From the IMG/VR virus record IMGVR_UViG_3300048592_000962, positions 1 through 64,000 of that record: a stretch of DNA of 64,000 nt; one strand, given 5' to 3'. The translations under genes were made by a program, and so were the position numbers. Source of the stretch: a virus. Positions 1 to 9,292 of the stretch are shown in pieces. Below the pieces are notes generated by a model. It was not told the DNA's origin. It did not search any database and was given only the letters and a program-made list of their open reading frames with translations. How positions within the stretch are numbered: the first letter of the stretch is position 1; the number at the start of each line of letters is the position of its first letter.

Positions 1-971
1 ACATTGCGCGAGACCTCGATGGGGTTCGCGCTCTCCCCGGCAAACGTCACAACGAACTCCGCCATGTCTCCGAAGAGCACGCGGTTGTCGCAGAATCGAA
101 TCGCCCCCGAGTTCGTCAGCGACACGGCCGCCGCCGAGAGGCAGATGCCGATGCGATCGCCCACGCCGTTGATGATCCCGTTCAGCTCGAACTCGTTCTC
201 CTCGACGGTCAGGTCGAACACCGTGTTGGTGTCCGTGAAGATGGCCGCCAGCGTATTCACCGCGTTCGAGTTGTCGGAGAAGAATCGGCAGCGTCGAATC
301 TCGACCCCTGCGACCGAGCCCACCGGGCCGACGAAGAGAACTCCGCCTTCCGGCCCGTCGCCGGAATTCCCGAAACTGATGCCCTCGATCACGTTGTTGA
401 CGCCACCGATGAGTGACAGCACGCCGCCCGCGTTCACCGACAGGGTGCAATCGTCGCGGTCGGCGCCGATCAGCTTGATGTTCGAATCCATCGTCAGCGG
501 AGCCGCTGGCCCGATGCTGCACGGACGAAGGCGCACGTCCACGCCCGAGCGCGCCCCCACGATCAGCGCCGCCGCCGCCGTCAGCGCCGCCTGGAGCTGA
601 ATGCCGCTGCCGTCGTCCACGAAGTCGGCGTCGATCGCCACCACGTCCGAGTACGGCGCGAGCGTGTCCTGACCGACCACGATCTGATGCGCGTCTCGAA
701 TCGTCTGCACGACCGCGCCGCCCATCGCGAGCATCACCCACGTGGCTGCGGGCGTCGCTGCCGCGCCACCCGGATCCGTACAGACGTACAGACCCTCGTT
801 GCCGGTGTCGTTCGAGTAGGCGATATCACCTTCTTCGAGCTTATCGAACTCGCCGGGCGACGCGAGCGGGTTGGCTGATTGGTTCGGAAGCAACGTGCTC
901 CCGTTCGCGTAGATGCCCCAGTACGAATGATACTGAGAACGAGGTTGAAGTCCGGGTGTACGAGTCGACAT
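1..971 (-). CDS. Spike/receptor-binding-like protein with beta-helix; runs off the left end (not in ORF track)
   Basis: ATG at 971 after a GGAAAGG RBS. Reads MSTRTPGLQPRSQYHSYWG...DKLEEGDIAY...YVCTDP, then pectin-lyase-like sequence (VDVRLRPC..LTMDSNIKLIG). N-terminus is homologous to ORF 1397-2890. Confidence 0.7.
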   Translation of the reverse strand, partial: MSTRTPGLQPRSQYHSYWGIYANGSTLLPNQSANPLASPGEFDKLEEGDIAYSNDTGNEGLYVCTDPGGAAATPAATWVMLAMGGAVVQTIRDAHQIVVGQDTLAPYSDVVAIDADFVDDGSGIQLQAALTAAAALIVGARSGVDVRLRPCSIGPAAPLTMDSNIKLIGADRDDCTLSVNAGGVLSLIGGVNNVIEGISFGNSGDGPEGGVLFVGPVGSVAGVEIRRCRFFSDNSNAVNTLAAIFTDTNTVFDLTVEENEFELNGIINGVGDRIGICLSAAAVSLTNSGAIRFCDNRVLFGDMAEFVVTFAGESANPIEVSRN

Positions 972-989
972 CTTTCAAATCCTTTCCTA

Positions 990-1271
990 TCACAACGGAG
1001 GAGGCACCATAATCGCCGCCCCTGTGACAGAGACTCCATGTCCGCCCAGCAGCTCAGAGACAGCAACACTCACGGGAACATTTCGGTCGTCGGACGCAGC
1101 GTCAAAAAACACCACGCATCCATTCGGAAGCGGAAGCTCCCTGTAGACCAAAATCCACTCCCCAATGCGAGACCTCACGTCGTCCGCGCTGAGATACCCC
1201 AAATCCTGCGGTGGCTGATCCAAGCGAAACAACTTGGTCTGCACATCCTCGATTTTATTGAGCCTTCTCAC
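990..1271 (-). CDS. Hypothetical protein (93 aa)
   Basis: Co-oriented ORF filling the gap between two spike-like genes. Confidence 0.55.
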   Translation of the reverse strand: MRRLNKIEDVQTKLFRLDQPPQDLGYLSADDVRSRIGEWILVYRELPLPNGCVVFFDAASDDRNVPVSVAVSELLGGHGVSVTGAAIMVPPPL

Positions 1272-1292
1272 CAGCGCACTCCTGAGGAAAAA

Positions 1293-1385
1293 GAGCGGGA
1301 CTCACTTGGTACCGGAGTCCCTGGGAGCAGGACTCACTTGGTACTGGAGTCCCTGGGAGCAGGACTCACTTGGTACTGGAGTCCT
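1293..1385. repeat. About three tandem copies of a 32-bp unit GAGCAGGACTCACTTGGTACTGGAGTCCCTGG
   Basis: Copies start at 1293, 1325 and 1357. Each has an internal GGACTC/GAGTCC inverted repeat; there are no spacers. Confidence 0.9.
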
Positions 1386-1396
1386 TGCCGCCCATT

Positions 1397-2890
1397 CTAC
1401 GCTGCCTGGTCGTTGCGCACAAGAAGGGCCCACGGTCTGGCGCGCCGTCGCGAAATCGTTTCGATTCTCGCCTGTGTCAGACAGCTCACGCGATTGGTAA
1501 GTAGGTCTCGGTACTGAAATCGCACGCTTCCCGTGGTGTATCCATGTCGCCCCGGCTGGCCGCCAATCAGCGGGCGTGAAGGTGTGAGCCCAAACGAGTC
1601 CGAGAAATCAGGCACCAAAATGGGGCCTGCGAGCCTCTGGAGCGGATACTGCGCCGGGCTCGGTAGTACGCGTAGACGAGTTCGGTAATTCTCGCGCTGG
1701 ACTCCTACCGCTTCGATCCGGTACCGCGAGTCATCGAACACGTCTACGTAGAACGTGTCCACTCCGATTGGTTTCACGAGCACGGCAAGGTTTTGGCCGG
1801 TCACGCCGTTGTAGAGCGGATAACCCACGATCACAGACGCTCCGTTCGCAAGCTGCGGAGCGATTGTTCGGAAAGCATCGTAGCTGTCGAATGCGAACCC
1901 TCCGGTACCCGAAGCATCCAAAGATCCGTAGGCGACCTGATCGCCCGCGGTACCATTGAAGAAGTGCGTGACCGGAGGTCTTGGGATCGTCAAACCTCCG
2001 TTCCGGACGAAACGGTTGAGGCCTGCGCCGGGATCGATGCGCAAAGCCGACGAATTGAACGCCGGCATATCGTATCGACGAAGCCGATTCCGAGGCACCC
2101 AGAAGCAGCCGAACTCGTTCGGGCCCCAGGTAACGGGGGCAGGCATCGGAAACCCTGGGTAAAGGATCGACCACATCTGATTCAAGATCAGACTTCGCGC
2201 AGCGATGCTCGCCGTGGATGAAAGGTTCGCGTAGAACGCAGATCCTGTCCGATAGCCGTAGTACATACCTCCCTCGAACTGCTTCGACCTGGACACCAGG
2301 CCCGCGAAGAAGCGGTTCTTCCCGTAGATTTTGGGAGGCGGCACGATTGCCGCGTCTTCCACGTCGAAGACTTCGATCTCGACGTGTTGGTCTGCGAATC
2401 CTCCGATCGAAGCGATGTTCGCGTTGATGAATGCAGTGATCGCTGCGCGGTTCGCGAAAACCTGAGTCGTGTCGAGGACGAGAGACCCTCCGGTCGAGTA
2501 GAATCTGAGCCTCACGTAAGATCGGGAGTAGTTCGAATCGAACGTCTCCCAAAAGTCCATGTTGCCGCCTCTGCGAAGGATTGACTCCCTGATGTTGAAG
2601 TCGGTCGCTGGAACGGGAGTGAAGGCAATCAGAGCGGCGGTGCCCGAGCCGTAGCTTCGAATCGCTCCTGCTGCGCCGCCACCTTGAATCCAAACTGCCG
2701 ACCCCACGGTGGGATCGATGCACACGAACCGCGCGAGCGCGCGATCAACGTAAGCCGTGTCTCCCTCTTCCAGCTTGTCGCTCGTGAATGGAGAGCCTGC
2801 CACGTTGGGCAAGAACTCCGGAGAGAGGTAGTTGCCCCAGTCTCGATGGAAAAGGTTTCGGCCTTGGACTGTGGGAGTTCTCGTCGCCAT
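1397..2890 (-). CDS. Putative virion spike/fibre protein
   Basis: 497 aa; shares an N-terminal ~70-aa module (RTP..FH..WG..LPN..DKLEEGD.AY..VC.DP) with the gene at 1-971. Confidence 0.6.
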   Translation of the reverse strand: MATRTPTVQGRNLFHRDWGNYLSPEFLPNVAGSPFTSDKLEEGDTAYVDRALARFVCIDPTVGSAVWIQGGGAAGAIRSYGSGTAALIAFTPVPATDFNIRESILRRGGNMDFWETFDSNYSRSYVRLRFYSTGGSLVLDTTQVFANRAAITAFINANIASIGGFADQHVEIEVFDVEDAAIVPPPKIYGKNRFFAGLVSRSKQFEGGMYYGYRTGSAFYANLSSTASIAARSLILNQMWSILYPGFPMPAPVTWGPNEFGCFWVPRNRLRRYDMPAFNSSALRIDPGAGLNRFVRNGGLTIPRPPVTHFFNGTAGDQVAYGSLDASGTGGFAFDSYDAFRTIAPQLANGASVIVGYPLYNGVTGQNLAVLVKPIGVDTFYVDVFDDSRYRIEAVGVQRENYRTRLRVLPSPAQYPLQRLAGPILVPDFSDSFGLTPSRPLIGGQPGRHGYTTGSVRFQYRDLLTNRVSCLTQARIETISRRRARPWALLVRNDQAA

Positions 2891-2893
2891 TTG

Positions 2894-2977
2894 CTAGCCC
2901 ACCAGCGAGGAACAAAGCCTTGCTGCAACTCTGTGAAAACTAGATCGACTCTGTACTCGTGGCGTGCGACCAGCCAT
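2894..2977 (-). pseudogene. 27-aa remnant of a third spike paralog
   Basis: MAGRTPRVQSRSSFHRV resembles MATRTPTVQGRNLFHRD and MSTRTPGLQPRSQYHS, then stops. Confidence 0.55.
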
Positions 2978-2978
2978 A

Positions 2979-4304
2979 TCACACCTGATTATGCGCCACT
3001 TCGTTCGTAGCGGTCGATGTCAGGTGCGCAATCGTGTTGAACCTCATGTTGTTTGAAACAAGCGTTGCGTAATCGGACTGCAAGTCTGCGCCAACGTCCC
3101 AGTTTCTAATCCTAGATCCGGTGATCGTGGCGTTCTCGGAGCCAGGACGAACAAAAACGCCTCTGCTACCAGGAGACCCGAAACCGCCGATCACGCATCC
3201 AGCAAGCGTCACATCGGATGAGTTGTCCACGTCGACGCCGATATCGCTTGCGTCTACAGCAACGTTTGAGAGCTGACTTCCGGTTGCCTGAAGCAATCGG
3301 ACACCCGTTAGCCAGTTGCCTACTCGTGTGTTGCTGATGCTCAGAGGTCCAGAAGATGCCCCCTGATAGTCGATTCCTACCGCAACACCGCCTGAGCTTC
3401 CAAATACCTGGGCGTTGACAATCAGTGCCGGGCCGTTGAAGGGCGCGAGGAACGTGATGCCGCTTGTGTCGGCAGATACCAACAAGTCGGAAATGCGAAC
3501 AGGTCCAGATCCGCCACCCGAAAACACCATCCCTTGATCAAGATCGATGAGCGTGAGATTTTCGAAAGATCCTCCCTCGCTTCGAATCCCTGTATCCAGC
3601 CCTTGAATCTGAACCGCTCCGCACTGAGGGTTGATCGCATCGATCCCGATCAGCGACCCCGTGCGATAGGGTCCCTGTGCAACGATGATCACCTCACGAA
3701 AAGTGATGAAATCCCCGCGGAATATCGCTGTAAGCGACTCGTTGCTTGGATCGTCAGCGGTGACGAAGACGGGCACCTGGTCAATGAACGCAGGCGCTCC
3801 GCTGATCCCTGCGTTCACCATGAAGGACCCCGCTGCGCCGGGCGCTGCATTCGGGATCTCAATACCAAGTTGCCGGACTGCGGCTGTAGAACCGACGGCG
3901 AGCAGCTCTCGTTGGGCTGGACTCAGTCGAAGGAGTGCCCCTGCGCTTGGATTCCCTCCCAGGAGCGCCGGGACGCCTGGTCCGGGTCCACGTAGAGATG
4001 TTCCGATCGGAACAGCCAGGGGTAGAGCGGGGCTGCCAGGCAGTCCGAAATCGTAGATGCCGGGTCGCAGGTAGACGTCGCCCTGCTGACCCGGCGCACT
4101 TGCCTCAGCTAGGGCTTGGGCAACTCCGGCTCCGTTTCCCGTGTCGGGGATATATCGAAACGGGAAGGTCTGCGCGACTGCTGGATCTCCGTTGGGTACG
4201 TTGCCCACGATGATCTTCGGTGCGAAGTGATCCTGAATCTGCGGGGGCGGCCCCCCACCCGTACCAGACGGCCTGGTAACTCTTGGGTTCCAACGGCTTG
4301 CCAC
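2979..4304 (-). CDS. Right-handed beta-helix (pectin lyase-like) spike protein
   Basis: DVYLRPGIY and periodic G-I/V..S/N-x-x-I/V repeats typical of parallel beta-helix tailspikes. Confidence 0.7.
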   Translation of the reverse strand: MASRWNPRVTRPSGTGGGPPPQIQDHFAPKIIVGNVPNGDPAVAQTFPFRYIPDTGNGAGVAQALAEASAPGQQGDVYLRPGIYDFGLPGSPALPLAVPIGTSLRGPGPGVPALLGGNPSAGALLRLSPAQRELLAVGSTAAVRQLGIEIPNAAPGAAGSFMVNAGISGAPAFIDQVPVFVTADDPSNESLTAIFRGDFITFREVIIVAQGPYRTGSLIGIDAINPQCGAVQIQGLDTGIRSEGGSFENLTLIDLDQGMVFSGGGSGPVRISDLLVSADTSGITFLAPFNGPALIVNAQVFGSSGGVAVGIDYQGASSGPLSISNTRVGNWLTGVRLLQATGSQLSNVAVDASDIGVDVDNSSDVTLAGCVIGGFGSPGSRGVFVRPGSENATITGSRIRNWDVGADLQSDYATLVSNNMRFNTIAHLTSTATNEVAHNQV

Positions 4305-4307
4305 GGG

Positions 4308-5048
4308 TCACCCCACCGATTCCTGATAGTTGCTCCCGCCCAGCGTGCCCGACGCCCACGTGATGCTCACTCGCACAAAAGGCCGAGCCACAGTCGGTCC
4401 GGGAATCCTGTTGTAGACAGCCTCTGCCGTAAATCCGAGGGCATAGCCCATGGCAGGCTGAAAAAGCACGGACCATCGCGATGGCACAAATGGGGGCAAG
4501 AAAGCTCCCTGATACCCAGCCGATGTCGGACTGTCGAGATCCCACGTCCAGCACTCATCCAACATGAGCGAATCGCTGTTGCGAACCGGAGATGGAGGAG
4601 GCGTGGGGCCGGGGTCGAACTGCGTGATGTCGAATCTCTTGGGAGACGGAATCCACACGTAGCGGTTGTTTGTCAGGGTTGCGCCCGCAAAGTTTTGTCG
4701 GTCGATCGGAAACACGGCGTCGCTACCCGGACGACCGCTTCCACCATAAGCCTGTCTCTTCTCGAAGTTCGGTCGCGCCCACCATGGCTTGAGCCGAATC
4801 CGAGTAACCCAGTTCTCCGTCCCTGGGACCGGCTGCAAATTCAAGTCCTGGAGAAAGACTTGAGGATTCTCAAGCCCGATCCAGAACATGATCTGTTGAC
4901 CAAGGCGAAAGCTGTTGTTCGGTGTGACTTGTGTGATCGGATCGTAGTCGATCGATCCATCACCAGAGAACCCGAACGCGAACGCGTTGCGAAGAAGGCC
5001 TTCGGGGGTACGAGGCTGAATCTCGCTGAACTCTGCTCCTCGGGTCAT
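4308..5048 (-). CDS. Hypothetical protein, possibly structural
   Basis: 246 aa, Trp/Pro-rich, in operon with the spike genes. Confidence 0.6.
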   Translation of the reverse strand: MTRGAEFSEIQPRTPEGLLRNAFAFGFSGDGSIDYDPITQVTPNNSFRLGQQIMFWIGLENPQVFLQDLNLQPVPGTENWVTRIRLKPWWARPNFEKRQAYGGSGRPGSDAVFPIDRQNFAGATLTNNRYVWIPSPKRFDITQFDPGPTPPPSPVRNSDSLMLDECWTWDLDSPTSAGYQGAFLPPFVPSRWSVLFQPAMGYALGFTAEAVYNRIPGPTVARPFVRVSITWASGTLGGSNYQESVG

Positions 5049-5671
5049 CGCTTCCGCTCTCCCTTGCCGCTCTTTTCGACTTTCGGCGCACGGCGCAGCA
5101 TCCCCCGATAGCAGGGCAAGCAGTACCTCGATCCTGTCGACAGAGTGACCATCGCTACAACATCGGCATCACCGCAGCCTGCGCAGGCCTGCGAAATGCC
5201 TTCCGCCTCGATGATTGCACCAATCCGCGCGGCGGGGAAGACGTCGAGGACCAAGGCCTTGGCCTGCTGTGCCGCCGCCAAGGCCCGCTTTGGATCCGTC
5301 GACGCCAGAAGCACTCGCAGCTCTCGATACGTCCACTGCCCCGACCGGCCAAACTCCACCTCGCCCTTGTCGGTGGAAAATCGATAGCGAAGCCCGAGCA
5401 ACTCTGCGGACAGCAGGTCGAGCCCGCGAAGCAGATCCCCCCGCTGCGCTCGGATCGCTTCGGCACACAACGCCTCCAGCTTGGCGAACAGGGACTCCGT
5501 CTCGCGGGGTCGCAACGCCCGATCGCCCGCCCTACTGAGGATCGCCTCGATGTCGTGAGCCCACATCGAGCTGAAATGCACAGCGTTTTCGCTGAGTTTC
5601 CCCCATGCGAGAAGCTCGTCAGGAATCTGAAGCACGTGCTCCACCAGCGGCTCTGACTTCGACTGGCTCAA
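5045..5671 (-). CDS. Hypothetical protein with C-terminal CxxC..CxxC zinc ribbon (start uncertain)
   Basis: CAGC...CLPC; a TTG start overlaps the stop of the upstream gene. Confidence 0.55.
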   Translation of the reverse strand: MSQSKSEPLVEHVLQIPDELLAWGKLSENAVHFSSMWAHDIEAILSRAGDRALRPRETESLFAKLEALCAEAIRAQRGDLLRGLDLLSAELLGLRYRFSTDKGEVEFGRSGQWTYRELRVLLASTDPKRALAAAQQAKALVLDVFPAARIGAIIEAEGISQACAGCGDADVVAMVTLSTGSRYCLPCYRGMLRRAPKVEKSGKGERKR

Positions 5672-8600
5672 AACGGCACCCCCTTCAGCGGCTCCGGCCG
5701 CGTTGGCACAAAATTCGGTCGCTCCAGATGGCCGTCGCGATGCGGATAGCCGTACTGACTGTTCAAGATACGGAACAAAAGTCGATCGGCGACCGTGACG
5801 CTGCCGTTCGTCAGCGAGGGGTCGAACCACGCGGTCGGCTTCCGTCCGGGTCGACCAGCCATCCACGCCGGCTGCTGAGACGGCGTGAAGGGCTTGAGGC
5901 CAAGACCCTCCAAGTCAGCCGCCGAGAGGTCGCGAACAACGGTCGGCAGGTTCTCAGTTCGGCTCAGGGCCGCCCACCAGGTCGGCGGGTCCCAGACCCG
6001 ATCGACCAGCGAGCGACCGTCCGGAGCCACGCTCGGTGAGCCGTCGGGTCCAATGCGGACCCCCCACGACGGCGCGACGACCGTTGAGGCTCGGGTCTCC
6101 GTCTCCACATCAAAACAGGGCAACGTGCCGAGACCACTACAGAAAACCTGGTTTTGAGGACGACCCGTCGCGGTGCCCGATGGCTGTGCCATGTGTGCCA
6201 CCGACTGTTGGCACAGAAAAACCGAAGGATTTCGTGACATCAGGCTAGACGACCAAAAATCTGTGCCAAAGTGTTCTGATTGCTCCGGTGGTCTATAAGA
6301 GATCCAATTAGACCACCGGAGCAATTCACGACACTGGAATCCGTCCGCCACCACTGAAACACCAGGGGTCTCCTGCGACTTGCTGTCACACACGTGTGCC
6401 ACCGATTCGTCGGGCGAGCAGAGCCGCGGGGCAAGCCCTCGAATCCGCGCCTCCGCGTTCGCGGCGGTCACCAGGGCATGCGCAAAATGGGGGTGCCAGA
6501 CCCCGAACCAGTCCACGACGGACCGGATGGCCATCAGCACCTCGTGCCGCGTCGTGAATGCCGACAACGCGCCCTCGATCGCGATCGTCTTGCTCCCCGC
6601 ACGGGGCTTCTTGCCCTTCCTCCGTGCAGCTGAGACAGCCTCGAATCGTTCGTCCTCTGGAACAAACGTGGTCGTTTGCGCGAGCAGGTCGGGCGATCTT
6701 TCCATCTGGCCGATCGTGTAAATCCGTGCCGGATTGTGCACGGGGCGCACGCGATGGATGGCTTGGGTCAGCTCGGCCACATTCGATCGCTCGTGTTCTT
6801 GGACGAGGCGTGGATGGCTCGATCGCAGCGCTTGGATGAGCCCGTGTTTGGCGCTGGCGAGTCCGATGCGATTGGCATGAGCGAGCTTCTCGTCGTCGTC
6901 TCGGGCGCGTTCGGAGTCGCGGAAAGCGCGGGCGTTGACGACGTGCTTGAGGCCTCCGATCGAGAGAACGGGATCCGAGATGGTGACGACGTGCTCCCAG
7001 CCGCCGTAGATGTCTTTGCCTCGGCCGCCCCACCAGTGCTCGTAGGCCCAAGCCGCGAGCCCGTAGCGCTCGGCCAGAGCCGCGAGGAACTTCTCGACGC
7101 GTGGCCGTAGCTCGTTGTGCCCGTAGACCAGCACGCGATCCCCCGGCTTCACGCTGTCGCGGAGGAAGGCTTCGGTTGCTGCGAGGACGTCCCCGAGGTA
7201 CCCGCGGGTCAGCTGGGAGATGCTCGCATCGTGCAGAACGCGAATCTGCACTGCGTCCGGATGCAAGTACGACACCGCTTCGATGACGTCTGGTTTCCGA
7301 TTGAACAGATACCCGTAGTGCTCACGCTGGGCGTAAGCATCGCCCACCACGAGCGTCGACATGCTGTTGGCGAAGGTGCGCGCTTCACGGAAGACGAAGC
7401 GCCATTCATCTCGGTAGCGCTTTTTGTCGATGGATGCTGGAAGGCATTCAAGTCGGACCTGGTAGGCAAGGTCTCTGACGTCTGCGAGCTGTTCGATCTT
7501 CGACCTGGAAGCCACCTCTCCGGTCATCTTCTTCAAGATGAGGCGTCCAACATCCTCCCTGTGCCGATGCTCTCTCAGAAGCGCGGTGGCGATGGTGAGA
7601 AGGGTGCGCGGAGGAATGTCACGCGCATGGATCTCGCTGACATCGGCCACGCCAGACAGGTCACCAGCGGCCACGTGAAAGCTTCCAGACTCGATCACGT
7701 TGCGAAGAAGAGCGCTGAGCGAAAGCTTCGATCCGCCCGACCTGTGCACGAACTCCAGTAGATCCCACAGGTCACCACTTGCGTACACGGAGTCGTAATG
7801 CGAGTGGATCGGATGAGACCCGCGCTCTTTGCTCCCAGCAGCGCAGAAGCCGGTGGACATCGACTGCGATCTCTGCGTCGACGCCAGCTTCACTGCTTCT
7901 CGGAGAACAGACGCGAACTCGGTGGTGTCGACGTGGTCTCTGCGTGCGCTCTGGAACTGCATCTGCGGTTCAGCGAGCACAGTGTCACTTTCTAGTGCGT
8001 CGGTAGGGTCTTCGTCGAAGAAGATGACGTCACTACCCCAGCACTCGCCGTACATGCCTCCGTCCGAAGCGGTTGCGGACACAAGCGCGGCGTGTGTTGT
8101 GAGAATCAGCGGGTAGTGCTGCATTCGCCCGGCACGCACGCCTTTGCTCATGTTGGCGGCGCGTATTCTTACCTGGTAGTAGCCGCACACTGGAAGTCCA
8201 ACGTGATGCGCATTGCGTGGGTGGTGTTCGCAGTTGACGCACACGCTCTGTCCGGGAAAATACCCGTGCTCCTGAGCGATCTTCACCGTGTCGGCTTGGT
8301 AGCAGTTGGATTCGTCGCGGCCGTAGATGGGGAGCGTATAGTTGCGGGCGACGGGACTCGTGGCGAGGGCGCGCTTCATCAGCTCGGCCTCGGGGCTGTC
8401 GATCATCGCCTTGGTGCGGGCTGCGAAGATCACGCGTCGCTTCTCGCGGAGCTGTAGCTCGGACGCGAGTCGGAGCATCTGGTGGGTCTTCCCGACGCCG
8501 GGAGTCGTGTGGAGGATCACCATCGCGCCGTTGCGCTGAGGGACGTGCTCGTCGAGCCATGTGCGCAGGTCGTGCTGGATGCGGGAGCTGGCGGAGCGAG

Positions 8601-9033
8601 GGTCTTCGAGCTTCGCGATCACCTGAGGGCTGATTGACGGCAGCTGCGGATCCAGCGCCCCGAGATGAGCAGCTATCCGCAAAGCCTCGTCATGAACGGG
8701 GATGGCTTCGTGGAGGAGTCGGATGGCCTCGTGAACCGCTCGATCGTGCTCGCGGGAGGCGGGGTCGGTCGATGCAACCAGGTCGACGCAGCGCCGTGCA
8801 TCTTCCCAGAGCTGAAGCAGCTGCGATTCGTAAACGCCGGTGGCCTTCTCGGCGGAGCGTGCGATCAGCCCTGTCGCGTCGGAGGACGACGCCTGCTTTC
8901 GTGCGCGCAGCGAGCGTAGCTCATCGAGCTTTTCGCGAATCTGCGAGCGAGCCTGAAAGGCGAACGCGGCAGTCGGATCGTAGTCCTCCGCGAAGGGGTC
9001 GTCGTACGGATCCCTGTCGGTCGGATCCGTCAT
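5668..9033 (-). CDS. Large SF2 helicase-like / origin-binding replication protein
   Basis: Walker A HTTPGVGKT, Walker B-like IFFDED, Cys cluster after motif Ia (C..CVNC..C, DinG/XPD-like Fe-S position), motif VI-like QAIHRVR. Confidence 0.65.
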   Translation of the reverse strand: MTDPTDRDPYDDPFAEDYDPTAAFAFQARSQIREKLDELRSLRARKQASSSDATGLIARSAEKATGVYESQLLQLWEDARRCVDLVASTDPASREHDRAVHEAIRLLHEAIPVHDEALRIAAHLGALDPQLPSISPQVIAKLEDPRSASSRIQHDLRTWLDEHVPQRNGAMVILHTTPGVGKTHQMLRLASELQLREKRRVIFAARTKAMIDSPEAELMKRALATSPVARNYTLPIYGRDESNCYQADTVKIAQEHGYFPGQSVCVNCEHHPRNAHHVGLPVCGYYQVRIRAANMSKGVRAGRMQHYPLILTTHAALVSATASDGGMYGECWGSDVIFFDEDPTDALESDTVLAEPQMQFQSARRDHVDTTEFASVLREAVKLASTQRSQSMSTGFCAAGSKERGSHPIHSHYDSVYASGDLWDLLEFVHRSGGSKLSLSALLRNVIESGSFHVAAGDLSGVADVSEIHARDIPPRTLLTIATALLREHRHREDVGRLILKKMTGEVASRSKIEQLADVRDLAYQVRLECLPASIDKKRYRDEWRFVFREARTFANSMSTLVVGDAYAQREHYGYLFNRKPDVIEAVSYLHPDAVQIRVLHDASISQLTRGYLGDVLAATEAFLRDSVKPGDRVLVYGHNELRPRVEKFLAALAERYGLAAWAYEHWWGGRGKDIYGGWEHVVTISDPVLSIGGLKHVVNARAFRDSERARDDDEKLAHANRIGLASAKHGLIQALRSSHPRLVQEHERSNVAELTQAIHRVRPVHNPARIYTIGQMERSPDLLAQTTTFVPEDERFEAVSAARRKGKKPRAGSKTIAIEGALSAFTTRHEVLMAIRSVVDWFGVWHPHFAHALVTAANAEARIRGLAPRLCSPDESVAHVCDSKSQETPGVSVVADGFQCRELLRWSNWISYRPPEQSEHFGTDFWSSSLMSRNPSVFLCQQSVAHMAQPSGTATGRPQNQVFCSGLGTLPCFDVETETRASTVVAPSWGVRIGPDGSPSVAPDGRSLVDRVWDPPTWWAALSRTENLPTVVRDLSAADLEGLGLKPFTPSQQPAWMAGRPGRKPTAWFDPSLTNGSVTVADRLLFRILNSQYGYPHRDGHLERPNFVPTRPEPLKGVPF

Positions 9034-9292
9034 GCAATGACCTCACAAAAGCGCACTCGCGTGTCGCTTTTGTTGTTGCATTCGGGATCTGTGACTCGTA
9101 CAGTTCTGTCCGACACGGAGGGCCAACTCCTTGTCCCCGGAGCCCATGCAGGTGGTGCTGCAAGTCTCCAACGCCCTTTGGGAAGCCTCGCCCAAAGGGC
9201 GTTTCATTTCGCCACTTTAGCGTCCGATGCAAGCGTCGTAGGGGGAGTCCTACTCGACCACGGGCGCCGGCTCTCGTCAAGCCCTTCCTGGG

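Noticed and set aside
4-1069. ORFs 4-600(+) and 734-1069(-)
   Set aside because: The real gene is the open frame from 971 leftwards on the minus strand, supported by paralogy and an RBS
1293-1385. Mini CRISPR
   Set aside because: No spacers between the copies and no typical GAAAC-like end
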